Source of the DNA: an uncultured Hormoscilla sp.
Lineage (GTDB): Bacteria > Cyanobacteriota > Cyanobacteriia > Cyanobacteriales > Desertifilaceae
Direction: 5' to 3'
DNA length: 64,000 bases
Assembly (NCBI GenBank): GCA_963921275.4
Contig: OZ001293.3
Span: 5,184,001-5,248,000 of the forward strand
The notes under the pieces were generated by a model. That model was given only the letters and a program-made list of their open reading frames with translations. It had not been told where the DNA came from and made no database searches. The position numbers were made by a program, and so were the translations under genes. Shown one piece after another: positions 11,975-23,454 of this stretch. Numbering within the stretch: the first letter of the stretch is position 1; each line of letters starts with the position of its first letter.

Positions 11975-12666
11975 TCCGAATGGGAGGGTTCCGAAGCGAT
12001 TCCCAGCTCGACCCCTAAAATATTTATTTCAGAAACTATAGTAACTCGGTATTTGATGAGTGGCACTCGCACCAAAAAGTTGCTGGCATCAGGGGTTAGG
12101 GAATAAACTGGAAAATAATACCAGGCGCACGAGGAGTAGCGAAGTGGCGCAAAACGAAGGGCTACGTCATAAACAAGATGCGCTCGCGCACTACTAATAA
12201 TTGCGCATTTTTGCTTGCTATAAAGCAGCGTTATCAGCTAAAATAGAAAAAGCAGACCGATGGCTAGCCCTGGCTGCTAACTTAAGCAAGCCGTTCATGA
12301 GTTGTGTAACTGGATTTTTATCCGAATGGGAGGGTTCCGAAGCGATTCCCAGCTCGACCCCTAACATATTTATTTCAGAAACTATAGTAACTCGGTATTT
12401 GATGAGTGGCACTCGCACCAAAAAGTTGCTGGCATCAGGGGTTAGGGAATAAACTGGAAAATAATACCAGGCGCACGAGGAGTAGCGAAGTGGCGCAAAA
12501 CGAAGGGCTACGTCATAAACAAGATGCGCTCGCGCACTACTAATAATTGCGCATTTTTGCTTGCTATAAAGCAGCGTTATCAGCTAAAATAGAAAAAGCA
12601 GACCGATGGCTAGCCCTGGCTGCTAACTTAAGCAAGCCGTTCATGAGTTGTGCAACTGGATTTTTA
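11975..12666. repeat. 346-bp direct tandem duplication
   Basis: 11975-12320 is repeated almost exactly at 12321-12666 (duplicated ORF-track entries at 12201 and 12547 are 346 bp apart). Confidence 0.93.
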
Positions 12667-12744
12667 GCTGAAAGCCTTACCCTGCAATTGTTTCAGCCAT
12701 TATTTTCACTCCAGAAAATTTGCACAAATGTATAGGACGCACTA
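12631..12744. mobile_element. About 115-bp MITE (related copy at 34160-34275, opposite orientation)
   Basis: End GCAAGCCGTTCATGAGTTGTGCAACTGG shared with the 34.2 kb copy; imperfect inverted other end. Confidence 0.6.
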
Positions 12745-12823
12745 TATACGCGCTCGCGGCGTTACGCCAAGAGCTTTGCTGGCTGTGGCCTGAGCGCATC
12801 GAAAGATGTGCTCTGTTATACTA

Positions 12824-13657
<834 letters not shown>

Positions 13658-13756
13658 TGCACAGATCTACTTGGAACGATTTGTGAGGGTTAAACGCAGC
13701 ACATGGAATAAGTGAGTTATTCTCACGCACTAGCGGTGGTAAGATGCAAGTAGAAA

Positions 13757-16700
13757 GTGATAGGCACCTTTAGAGAAGCTGTGACATCTGGCAATGACCA
13801 ACTCCAAACAATGATTGCGGAAATAGACGCAGTCCTCCACAAAGCAAGCCCTCGCCTACCTTGGGTGATGTCTGGAGATGTTGAAAGACAACGGCGGGTA
13901 CTAGAGCTAGTGCGCAGCTATCTGGTATCCCTGCAATCATCGGGGTCTCCTGGTGCTGCATATCCTGGGAGCGCTAGAAGCACAAAAGAGCAGACACCGC
14001 ACCACCATCGGCAAGCAGATGGCGATTATACTCAGACTCAAATTGGGCAAAGACCAGAAGCATCAGGCCCTCGGAGAAGTATGCTAGGTGCGGAGCTATC
14101 ATTACCAGCGACTGTTAAAAGCGCTACCCCAGAGACATCGCCTTCTCCTTATCGGGGCGGGGTAACACCTGGAGCCCTGAATCAGCAAATCTTGCAAGCC
14201 GTGGTGCAAGACCTGCGCAATAGTCTGATGGAACCAATACAAGGGGATCTCGAAGCGTTGCAACGGCAGCGAAGCGATCTGCTCGGGGAAATCAGGCAGC
14301 TGGAAAATCAGCGACAGCAATATTATATGGATCGGCAGGCAGCTGGACAACAACAGCTGATGCGGGAATTTTTGCAGGTGCTAACGGAACGCTTGCAGGA
14401 AAGCATGACCCAGCAGGTAGCCCAGATCCTGAAGAGTCTGGAAGCTGAGGCAGTTAGCTATATAGGGGAACTGGAGCCATCATCGGACTCTAATTACCCC
14501 TCTCACTCCCTACTCACTCCCTCAGACCGTCTGGCTCAAATGCGCATGCTGCAAGCTGAGTCGGACCAGCTATTGATGAAGTTAGACTCAAGCATCGCTG
14601 TGGTATTCGAGACGATACAGAAAAATATTGACAGCTATCAAGAGTCTCTGTCCCAAGGACTAGACAAAATGTATAATTTGGGACACCAGGGGGAGGTGAT
14701 GTTTAGCGCCTTGATCAATACTCTGGCAGAACAGCTGGGACGGGAGGCTTCGAGTTTTGTGCAATCTCGACCAGAAAGGTCGGGTAAAAAGGTCACTGAA
14801 TCAGGGTTGCAACTGCCAAAGGCTAATGATCCAGAGGAAAAACCGGAAATCGCTCAACCGGAACCAGAACTCAGTTAGTCGGCGACTCAGGAGTTACAAT
14901 CTAAGGAAATAGAGGGCTTCGAGGATTTGGCTCCAGATGCGTCAGAACCTACTATAGCAAGAAAAAGGCCGCCAGGAGCAGGGGCTCGAAATTCGTCAAG
15001 CCAGTCTCAGCAGTTGACAGAAGTGCTAGAGTTGCTGGAGAAGCTGAATATAAACCAGATCGCTCTTCGGCAAGATAGTTCGGGGAAAAAGCCGAGTAAA
15101 GGCGATGTCCCATCAGAGTCGGAACAGACCCCGACAAAAGAGCAAGATGCTGATGATGATGGTTTATTCGATGCGATGTTTGGTCCAGAGTCTTTGGCGA
15201 CGGGTAGCGAATCTCTCACCCAGTCAAATCAAGAAACAGCCAGTGAAAGTAGCAGCTCGAATGACGAAACCTCGATAAATCAAACTGCAACATTGGCGGA
15301 AGATTTGTTTGCGGAAGAGGAAGAACCAGCTCCGGAAGAAAGCCCGGAAACAGCAAGGTCGTTGGAGGACTGGTTGTTTGCTTCCGAGGGGGGGTCTGGC
15401 GCTGAAACGGCGGCGGCAGATAGGCCAACGGCGGCAGCAACAGAGGCGATCGATAATTTGGCGGAGCTATTCCCAGAGGAAGAAGACCTAGAGGAACCGA
15501 CTGAGACTCCAAAGGATTCCGCACAGGCACCATCGAAGTGGGTAGACTCATCGGATGTCTATATTCCAGCATCACCGGAGGAGGATTTGCTGCCCATAGA
15601 CGATCCGGAAGAGGATCCAGACCCCACTTGGATCTCGTTAAATCCTATCGCTATAAAACAGTTGAATGAAGATCTGGGCAATCTGGAAAAAGATCCACGG
15701 TCGGCGGCAAAAACACCAGAAAGCGCAGAGAGGGAAGTCAGGATTACGTTACAATCTCCAGAAGGGAAGCCTCATCAGACGGATGCTGCTGTCGATGACT
15801 ATGAGAGTGATGCGGTAGCAGCAGCCACCACCATTCCAGTTGAGGAGGAGAACCTAAACAGGGGGACTCTGTCGAATGTGACCTATCCTGAGTTGGCCTC
15901 GGAGGTAAGCTCAGCAGGGATAGAGTCGGAGTCAGAGTTTGATTCTAGCGAATCTTATACAGGGATAGAGTCAGAGGCTTTGAGTGCAGATTCACGTGCA
16001 GAGTCTTCGATGTCTCCGGAGAGCGCTAGAAGCACTACTCCGGAGACATCGAAGAATGATTGGGGATTTGAAGAACCAGAAGAGGATCCAGACCCAACTT
16101 GGATATCGCTAGAGCCGATCACCCAACAGCAGTTAAATGAAGCTCTGGGTCGGGACAAATCACAAAAGTCGGCGGCAAAAACCCCGGAAAGCGCGTCCAG
16201 AGAAAAAGAGGATGGCCCGGGTGAGGTGCGATCGCAAGAACAGACTCCGGCATTGGACGATCGGGGTTTGTCAGAAACAGAGGCAACAGAGTCTGGACCA
16301 GAAAATCAAACTTCAGAGATACAAAGTAGTGGAGAGGTCCAAACAGGGAGTGAGTCGGTGGATGCTGCGTTTGATGAGAGTGAATCTTCGGCAGCGATAG
16401 AGTCAGAGGTAGGGAGTACAGATTCGCGTACAGAGTCTTCGATGTCTCTGGAGAGCGCTAGAAGCACTACTCTGGAGACATCGGATTCAGATTGGGGATT
16501 TGACGATTGGGTTTGCCAGACATAGATGATACTTCTGCGCAGTCACGGCGCGATCGGGCCTCTGGCCCAGAGCAGAAAACCCCTAGGACTTATATACTCT
16601 CGGTGGAGACAGATGATGAGATGGGCCGCCTGTGTCCCCCCCCTCGTTCCCACGGCTCTGCCTGGGAACGTGCTCTTAGCGCTCCCGAGGGGCACAGGGA

Positions 16701-17273
16701 AGTAATGAATCACTCCCATCCTTGGGGAATGATTGGGGATTTGACGATTGGGGTTTGCCAGAGGTAGAGTCAGTGAAGACCAGATCGCCTGATTCCCAGG
16801 ACGATAATGAGGCGATTCGGGACTTCGATATCTCTGGGGAGCGATATTCGCACTACCCCAGAGATATCGAAGATTCGTCAGATGTGAGTCTGGATGGGTT
16901 TTTAGATGATATAAGCTCAGCAGCTCCAGGGCCAGAAACGAAAAGGGATGAATCACTCCCCTCCTCTTCGATATCTTCTGGGAGCGCTACCCGCACTACC
17001 CAGAAGATATCGGGGAATGATTGGGGATTTGACGATTGGGGTTTGTCAGATATAGATGAGGGAACCTCGGCACCAGAGCAGAAGCTCTCCGACTCGGTTT
17101 CGGGAACGGGAGAATCCCTTTCAGAGGAAAATCAGGCGCTGGCGGTGGATGAGTTTGATGATTTCTTTGCTGATGTGCCATCAACGGACTCAGAACGGTC
17201 GGCTCCCAGGGATCCTAAGGCTGGGGTGAAGACGGGCAGCCCTTCAACGTGTATTAATACCTACTTTACGTAA
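13757..17273 (+). pseudogene. Large coiled-coil plus acidic low-complexity cyanobacterial protein, split into three ORFs
   Basis: 13757-14878 and 14927-16525 are in the same frame separated by one TAG; 16722-17273 continues the DWGFDDWG repeats in another frame. Confidence 0.65.
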
Positions 17274-17375
17274 TCCGCTTTGTAATAGGTGAGGATTATC
17301 ACTGTACTTGTAGCGGCTGCGAACATTGACATACCCACCAAGGTTTGTGTATTATGTGCATAATGATTTCATATT

Positions 17376-17520
17376 AACTCAAGTTGCTACCTATTAAAAT
17401 TGCTACGTCCCAGACAGCCATTTTTTGCAAATATATCCGAAAAAATGCCATTCTGGGATAAGTCACAAGGCATTTTTTGCTGATTTTGGTGTTGAGGTTC
17501 TATAGGTAGCAACTTAGGTT
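17376..17520. mobile_element. IS982-derived MITE (145 bp)
   Basis: Ends AACTCAAGTTGCTACCTAT / ATAGGTAGCAACTTAGGTT match the ends of the IS982-family element at 60273-61286. Confidence 0.8.
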
Positions 17521-17843
17521 ATTACCAAGTGACGTGCGGAATGTGGATAATAAGCTATCGGATTTGCTCTTATAACTAAAATAGGGAACTCAAGCGTAAA
17601 TAATTGGACAAATTATCCAGTCGTCTGGATTCACCAGTTGGTACAGCCATAGAAATTGGGGAATTGATTTTTACCGAACTCCCATACAGAAAATATTGAG
17701 CGCAAAAACAAAGATTCGCCTTGCCGCAGGTGTATTATACTTATAATGAGAACAGCCATATAGTGTTTTTCAATCTGGTGAGGTATAGCATAATGATGCT
17801 ACCACGCTTTTGTGCCAATAACACTGCCCATGGCTGCGCCACG

Positions 17844-18490
17844 CTACGGGATGGGGGCGCAGCCATAGAATGTCAACACGACTGTACGGGCGCATCTAAA
17901 GGTTGGGGGTTGACATTGGGGCTGAGGAGAAAAGGGTATCTCCCGCGTTTTGACCCAAGCCAAGCGAAGATAGAGGAGATGCTCAAAGCCCGTGGAACTC
18001 CAACCCATACCCACCCCCTTAAAGCGTTGCTGAATTAACCATTTACAAGCACTCTCCACAAGGCCAGAACCCAAAGACAACTGCTCCTGTTCAAAGGCCG
18101 AATAAGCCACATGCTGGAGGTGATTTTAGAAATCTGCTTGGACTTGTGCCAGTACTTTCATGGATTCGGCGTTCAAAGTCACTCGATTCACCAGCCGAGT
18201 CAACTCCATGAGCACTTGGGTATGTTTGCCATGGCGCAGGAGATGTCGCCAGCGCTCAAAACAAATCTCAGCCGCTTCGGGGTCATGACCCAACCAAGCA
18301 GTCACCGCTCGCCATAGATGGCCTGCTGCATGGTCAAAGTCTAGAATACCGACCGCACAGTCGCCAAAAGCCTACTCCACCATCACGCTCGCCATACCAC
18401 CTTCGGTGCTTGATGTAGTCCTTGGTGCAATGATTCCCAAAGCCATCGGGGCTTTAAGATATCAATCTCTCCCAAAACTGCGACCAAGCG
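17844..18490 (-). pseudogene. ISKra4-family transposase C-terminal remnant
   Basis: 'LGSGLVESACKWLIQQRFKGVGM.WS..GF.HLL.LRLAW'; upstream part broken. Confidence 0.75.
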
Positions 18491-18587
18491 CCGTTGACAC
18501 AGACGGGTATAAAGCTTGCCTGTAGCGGTTTTGAGCAATTGTAAACGAGCTATTACCGCGACATGGAATAAAGCTCACCCGCAGAAG

Positions 18588-19259
18588 CTAATCCCGATCT
18601 GCAAAAATATAGCGAGCATAAGCTAAACACAAGCGGGCCTGTTCAATCTCAGATAAATCAGTCCAATTAGCCTTCGCCACCAAGCCCTGAATAGCCTCAA
18701 TGGCAGCATCAGTATCAGTTCCCCGCATAGCGTAAGCAAAAGGACGGGCTAAAACCTGCAAGTCTTCTACTGCCCACTGAGGCATTACCTCATAGGTACA
18801 TTGTACTAATTGCTCTGCCAGAGTAAGAGAGGAATTTTTTAGCTGCTTCACCTGGTGGCCGATCGCCTGTAGTAAAGCTGCGGGTATCTTGTTCGCAAAC
18901 TGGTCTTCCAGAACATTGGCCATTGTCTCGGGTGTCGCAGCATCCCAGAGTCGATCGAGATGGGCGAAAAATATTTGCGCACCCGCCGCCACTTCTGGCT
19001 CTGGTCTGTCTGTCAAGCTTGCGGTAGATGCTTCGAGTTCAGTAAAATAGGTTTGGGACTCTCTGGTCAGCGAACTCCAGGGATAAGTATATTCGGTAAA
19101 GCAAAGGGCTTGGAATAATTCAATCTCAGCTTCAGATCGAGAAGATAAAAAATACTGTGGCTGTATTTCTTGAGAAGGATTATTTAATCTTCTTTCGCCC
19201 CCTTCAAGGGAGTTGGTTGAGGGGAGATATTTGTCGTTCATAACACTATGTGAGGGCAC
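18588..19259 (-). CDS. Conserved cyanobacterial hypothetical protein
   Basis: 223 aa, 'YPW', 'W..EDLQVLARPFAYAMRG', 'LSEIEQARL'. Confidence 0.7.
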   Translation of the reverse strand: MPSHSVMNDKYLPSTNSLEGGERRLNNPSQEIQPQYFLSSRSEAEIELFQALCFTEYTYPWSSLTRESQTYFTELEASTASLTDRPEPEVAAGAQIFFAHLDRLWDAATPETMANVLEDQFANKIPAALLQAIGHQVKQLKNSSLTLAEQLVQCTYEVMPQWAVEDLQVLARPFAYAMRGTDTDAAIEAIQGLVAKANWTDLSEIEQARLCLAYARYIFADRD

Positions 19260-19516
19260 TGCTCTATTAACTGGCTATAGGTAGCTACATCTTAATTGCG
19301 GCTGTTTCCGTAACCGATTCCGAAATATATTTTTAATTAGGAAGATAGATGCAACAGTCAACTCGCGCCGCCACAGCAGCTATCTGCTTCACCTGCGGCG
19401 ATCGCCTGTGGTTTATGAAGATATCAGAACTAATCGCCCCAGCATGGCAGACGCGGGCGGGTGCTTAAGCATGTACCAGGCCAAGTAACCACTAACAACT
19501 GACTCGGACAGGCGAG

Positions 19517-19698
19517 CGATGTCTCCTGGGTAGTGCGTAAGGCGCGAGGTATGTCCCCTTTTGTGCGATTAGCGCTCTGTATCTCCCCTTTTGTGCGATT
19601 ACGATGTCTCCGGAGTAGTGCTTCTAGTGCTCTGATGGAGACATCGAGCTCCCAGGAGATACCTCGCCCCGGGACATACCTCGCCCCAGGAGACATCG
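19517..19698 (-). repeat. Four-level nested hairpin-element cluster
   Basis: Concentric inverted-repeat pairs CGATGTCTCCTGGG/CCCAGGAGACATCG, CGAGGTATGTCCC/GGGACATACCTCG, GTATCTCC/GGAGATAC, CGATGTCTCC/GGAGACATCG, each left arm followed by TAGTGC or TTTTGTGC. Confidence 0.85.
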
Positions 19699-19729
19699 AG
19701 CCGGTCCTACAAACTGACCGTCGAGCTGG

Positions 19730-21496
19730 TTACTGGCCACTGGTCGCTGAAATCGCGAACTCCAACATTTGACCTTGGGAACTGCCAAACTTCAGCTTGA
19801 CTCCAGATTTCAGTTCATATTCTTGATGATGGATTTTTCTCCAGCCATCCGACTCACAAATCAAGGTGCCATAGCGAGAAAAATCTCGCAGCCAGTAAGT
19901 CACCTCCCCGTCACCATTGCCCACAGGTTCGCGGCAGATAATTTCCGCATGCCTTTGAGAAACCCACTTCTCGCCAATGACGATGTCATTCTCTGGTCGC
20001 CTGCCTACTCGCATGAGTCCCCCCGTAACTTGCCATACCTGGGGGGCCGTATCTTCTAAAGACCGGATGCTAGCGTGAGGCTGATTTTTTTGCCGACTCG
20101 ACAAATAATTTTCTGGTAGTTCAGTCACCCCTTCCTCTAGAGGCATAATTAGTTCCCCATCAAACTCTGGATGCATATACAGAACTGGCAAAGTCCAAGC
20201 AGGTTGATTGAACTTATAAAGGGTGACCAACTGCTGCCGCGCTGCTGCCACCGCCCCATCGATCGGCAGGCGATTCGCCAAGGCCCCAGCAAAAGCCTGA
20301 ATAAAACTGAGGGCCTCTCGATCGGCAATTTCCTCACGCATTCCCAAAACTGCTGGCACCCCATGATGTAACAGTAGCTCCGCCAAGCTGCTACGGGGAA
20401 TCACCCGATCTCCGTCAGTATCCGGTTGAGCGCCCCAGCAGGCATTAAACACGGCCAATATCACCCGAGAGCGAGTCAATACTTGAGCCAGTTCCGTGCC
20501 AGACATGGTAACATCCGGTTGTAAAAACAGCAACCCACCATCTGGATCTGGGACACCGTGACCTCCATAGAAAAACACGTTGTAGACTTTTGTTTCCAGA
20601 CGTGCTATTAATTTAGCTGGGGTGGGCTGAATTAGGGTATCCACATTACAGGGCACTGGCATTTCGCCAACTCCCGCCTGTTGATATTGTCCTGGCGGTG
20701 TCTCCTGGGTAGTGCGATTAGTGATCCCAGGAGACGCAGATTTTTGCAGAATTTCAGCCACTACAGCTGCTTCCTGCTCCAGCTGCAAGAGCAGTCGATC
20801 TGATTTTTGCTGCCGAGGCAAGTCTGGTAATATTTTTCTCTGTCCATCCCCCTGCTGCCAGGATTGAGTGCTTGTCGGTGTTGACTGGCCAAAAACCAGT
20901 AGAATATTTAATGCTTGGTCGCTGCGTCTGGGTGGCAGGGGGTCAACATCACTGGTCGTGCGACTAAATAACAATTGCTCAGATAGGGAAATCACCTGTT
21001 TTCCCGCCTGACGTTGCATAATTTCCCAAGGTAGGGTGATTATATTTGGATCTCTGATTTCCAGCCGCAGCCGCAGGGGTTTATTTTGGCCAATGGCAAT
21101 GCCCAGACTTTGAGAGAAACTACTCTGAATCTGGCCATTATTATACACCCACTGCCATAGTCCCATCCCCAGCTTTTGCATCAGCTGGCTACTATAGCTT
21201 GATTTCTCACTCCCAGAGTCCGAAATTGCCTCTAGCATTGATTCCATTTCTGGCACATTCACTGGTGGCAAGTGGAGCTGGCGAGGCAACCCTTGCATCT
21301 GAAACATCTCCTGCCATGCTTGCCAGGTTCTGCTCAGCTGCTCTGGCCATATACAGTCATGGTGAACGTGGCCCCCTGGATAAGGAGCCTTGAGCACCCA
21401 TATGGCAAAATGTGCCGATTTCCTGTGGAAACTCTCCGCCGTCGCCATCATCCGGGCGATCGCAATACTGAGCGTCGGATACTCAAACTGAGACAT
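19730..21496 (-). CDS. CHAT (caspase/HetF-like) domain plus C-terminal FHA domain protein
   Basis: 'LPWE', 'YGGHG', 'VFNAC', 'VPAVLGM' CHAT motifs; FHA 'GRRPENDIVI...VSQRHAEI'. Confidence 0.88.
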   Translation of the reverse strand: MSQFEYPTLSIAIARMMATAESFHRKSAHFAIWVLKAPYPGGHVHHDCIWPEQLSRTWQAWQEMFQMQGLPRQLHLPPVNVPEMESMLEAISDSGSEKSSYSSQLMQKLGMGLWQWVYNNGQIQSSFSQSLGIAIGQNKPLRLRLEIRDPNIITLPWEIMQRQAGKQVISLSEQLLFSRTTSDVDPLPPRRSDQALNILLVFGQSTPTSTQSWQQGDGQRKILPDLPRQQKSDRLLLQLEQEAAVVAEILQKSASPGITNRTTQETPPGQYQQAGVGEMPVPCNVDTLIQPTPAKLIARLETKVYNVFFYGGHGVPDPDGGLLFLQPDVTMSGTELAQVLTRSRVILAVFNACWGAQPDTDGDRVIPRSSLAELLLHHGVPAVLGMREEIADREALSFIQAFAGALANRLPIDGAVAAARQQLVTLYKFNQPAWTLPVLYMHPEFDGELIMPLEEGVTELPENYLSSRQKNQPHASIRSLEDTAPQVWQVTGGLMRVGRRPENDIVIGEKWVSQRHAEIICREPVGNGDGEVTYWLRDFSRYGTLICESDGWRKIHHQEYELKSGVKLKFGSSQGQMLEFAISATSGQ

Positions 21497-21881
21497 TTAA
21501 TACCATTTATCTCAAATTAAAGGTGTAGTAGTTTTTTACCAGTCTACCAAAGAGTTGGATGGTGATCCATCTCTATTTGGGAAAGCTACAGTTTACATAG
21601 AGAGCTACAGTTGTCAGAGATGGTATATAAATATTATCATATCAAGTGACCACGTGGCAGGCCGTGTCACCCCTAGGAGCACTACCCAGGGGACGCCGAT
21701 CGCCACTCGCACTACCCGAGGGACACGGCGCCGAAGCACCAGCCCGACGTACCAGGACGGCTTACCGGACCGATGGTACGATCTAGTTAATCTCCGACAT
21801 TTGTTGCATATATAAAGAGCAAAAATAGAACATAAAATTAGGATCCTTGAGTTGCGCAGCAATATCAAATATAAAATTAGT

Positions 21882-23180
21882 ATGACGAACTATCCAGTTG
21901 ATAAAGGATTTATAAGATTTGTGACTAGCCTTGGCGAGCAGTCACAGACGGTTGAGCTGAACATCCGTCAGGAGGTTGCGATCGGACGAGACCCTAGCTG
22001 CCAGATTATTCTTGATTCACTTATTTATAGTGGTGTTTCTAGGCGTCATGCTGCCGTCTGTCCCCTGGCAGAGGCAGGCAGTTGGGAAATTTGTGACCTG
22101 AAGAGCGCTAATGGTACTTATGTAAATAACCAACGGATCTCAGGATGCCAAATTTTGCAGCCAGGCGATCGGATCGTGCTAGGTCAGAACATCGCAGAGT
22201 TAGTCTTTGAGGTGCAAGGGACATCCCCTCCTACTCAAGCATCAGCCCCGAGAACGACAGGTTCCGTGTCTCTCACCCAGCTTCTGCCCATTCTCTCAAC
22301 TGGAGCTTCCCTGATCGACAAAGCTTATCTAGTACCTGGTATCGTTACAGTTATATTTGTGGTGTCGATGTTTGCCACGATCGGCAACTTCGTCACTTTC
22401 GCCCTACTATTAGCAGCTTACTTATCCGGAGCGGCGTTCTACTTTGTCTACCAACTCTGCGGCAAACCTAAGCCTTGGTGGTTACTACTGGCTTTTGCCC
22501 TGCTCACTATCCTGATGATAGCGAGTCCCGTTCTGCATGGTTTTATAATCGTTTTTCGTGATTTCTTACCTGGCGATGTCGCTAGCTTGCCCTCAAATGC
22601 TAATTTTTTCTCTAACTTAATCGCTCACTTTTTTGGGGCGGGTTTGCTAGAGGAGTTACTCAAGGCATTGCCAGTGTTTGCTGCCTATTTCCTCGGACTG
22701 CTGTTAAGTTCCCCCTGGCGACAACGGATTGGCGTTTGCGAACCCCTGGATGGCATCTTGTTGGGCAGTGCTTCTGCGGTGGGCTTTACCTTGATAGAAA
22801 CTTTAGGGCAGTATGTTCCGGGGATTGTTATTGAGGTGACACGACAGTCAGGGAAAGGATTCGGACAATTAGCAGGTTTGCAACTTCTAATTCCCAGAGT
22901 TTTAGGTTCCGTTGTCGGACATATGGCCTACAGCGGCTATTTCGGGTATTTTATTGGGCTGAGCGTTTTGAGACCTAAGAAGCGTTGGCGCATTCTTTTA
23001 ATTGGCTATCTAAGTGCCTCAATGCTGCATGCTCTCTGGAACTCTTCGAGAGTTTTGGGTTCTTGGGTTTTGGCCTTAGTCGGAGCTTTGTCCTATGCCT
23101 TCTTAGCAGCAGCTATTCTTAAGGCTAGGGAACTTTCTCCTACCCGATCGCAGAATTTTGCCACTCACATTAAACCTTAA
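21882..23180 (+). CDS. FHA domain plus PrsW-family intramembrane glutamic protease
   Basis: FHA 'IGRDPSC...VSRRHA...SANGTYVN'; PrsW motifs 'EELLK', 'GFTLIET', 'HMAYSG', 'HALWN'. Confidence 0.88.
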   Translation: MTNYPVDKGFIRFVTSLGEQSQTVELNIRQEVAIGRDPSCQIILDSLIYSGVSRRHAAVCPLAEAGSWEICDLKSANGTYVNNQRISGCQILQPGDRIVLGQNIAELVFEVQGTSPPTQASAPRTTGSVSLTQLLPILSTGASLIDKAYLVPGIVTVIFVVSMFATIGNFVTFALLLAAYLSGAAFYFVYQLCGKPKPWWLLLAFALLTILMIASPVLHGFIIVFRDFLPGDVASLPSNANFFSNLIAHFFGAGLLEELLKALPVFAAYFLGLLLSSPWRQRIGVCEPLDGILLGSASAVGFTLIETLGQYVPGIVIEVTRQSGKGFGQLAGLQLLIPRVLGSVVGHMAYSGYFGYFIGLSVLRPKKRWRILLIGYLSASMLHALWNSSRVLGSWVLALVGALSYAFLAAAILKARELSPTRSQNFATHIKP

Positions 23181-23454
23181 TCTGGTTAATTACTAATTGA
23201 CTTGCAGTCATAGCTAAATGTAGGGTCAGCAACGAAGCGCCCACCAGACGCTACAACGGGTGCATCTCAGATTTGCTTGCTTGAGCAATTCAAAATTCAA
23301 AATTCTTTCTTCAAAATTCAAAATTCAGAAGTAAAAATTGAGAATTGCTCCATTTTCCATAGCGCTACGCGCACTGTGTATACGCCATTTGCAATTAGCA
23401 CGATTACATTCGCAAATACAAATGCTTGCATTGAGATGCTCCCCGCTACAACTA

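Larger units (their letters stand above)
9306..12019 (+). mobile_element. ORF-less group II intron X (outer; own sequence 9306-9397 plus 11332-12019, about 780 nt)
   Basis: GTGCGATTCCTT start; domain I resumes at 11332; degenerate domain V at about 11944-11976, end CTCGACCCCTAA; EBS1 loop CTATAA (11569-11574) is complementary to 5' flank TTATAG. Confidence 0.85.

Noticed and set aside
10496..12735. Short ORFs inside the nested introns and the duplication (also 1500-1952 and 58830-59039)
   Set aside because: They overlap structured intron RNA or repeats, have no protein motifs and are not conserved in frame between intron families
19430..19772. ORFs across the nested hairpin cluster (also 21555-21868)
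   Set aside because: Open frames arise from GC-rich palindromic elements; no protein features
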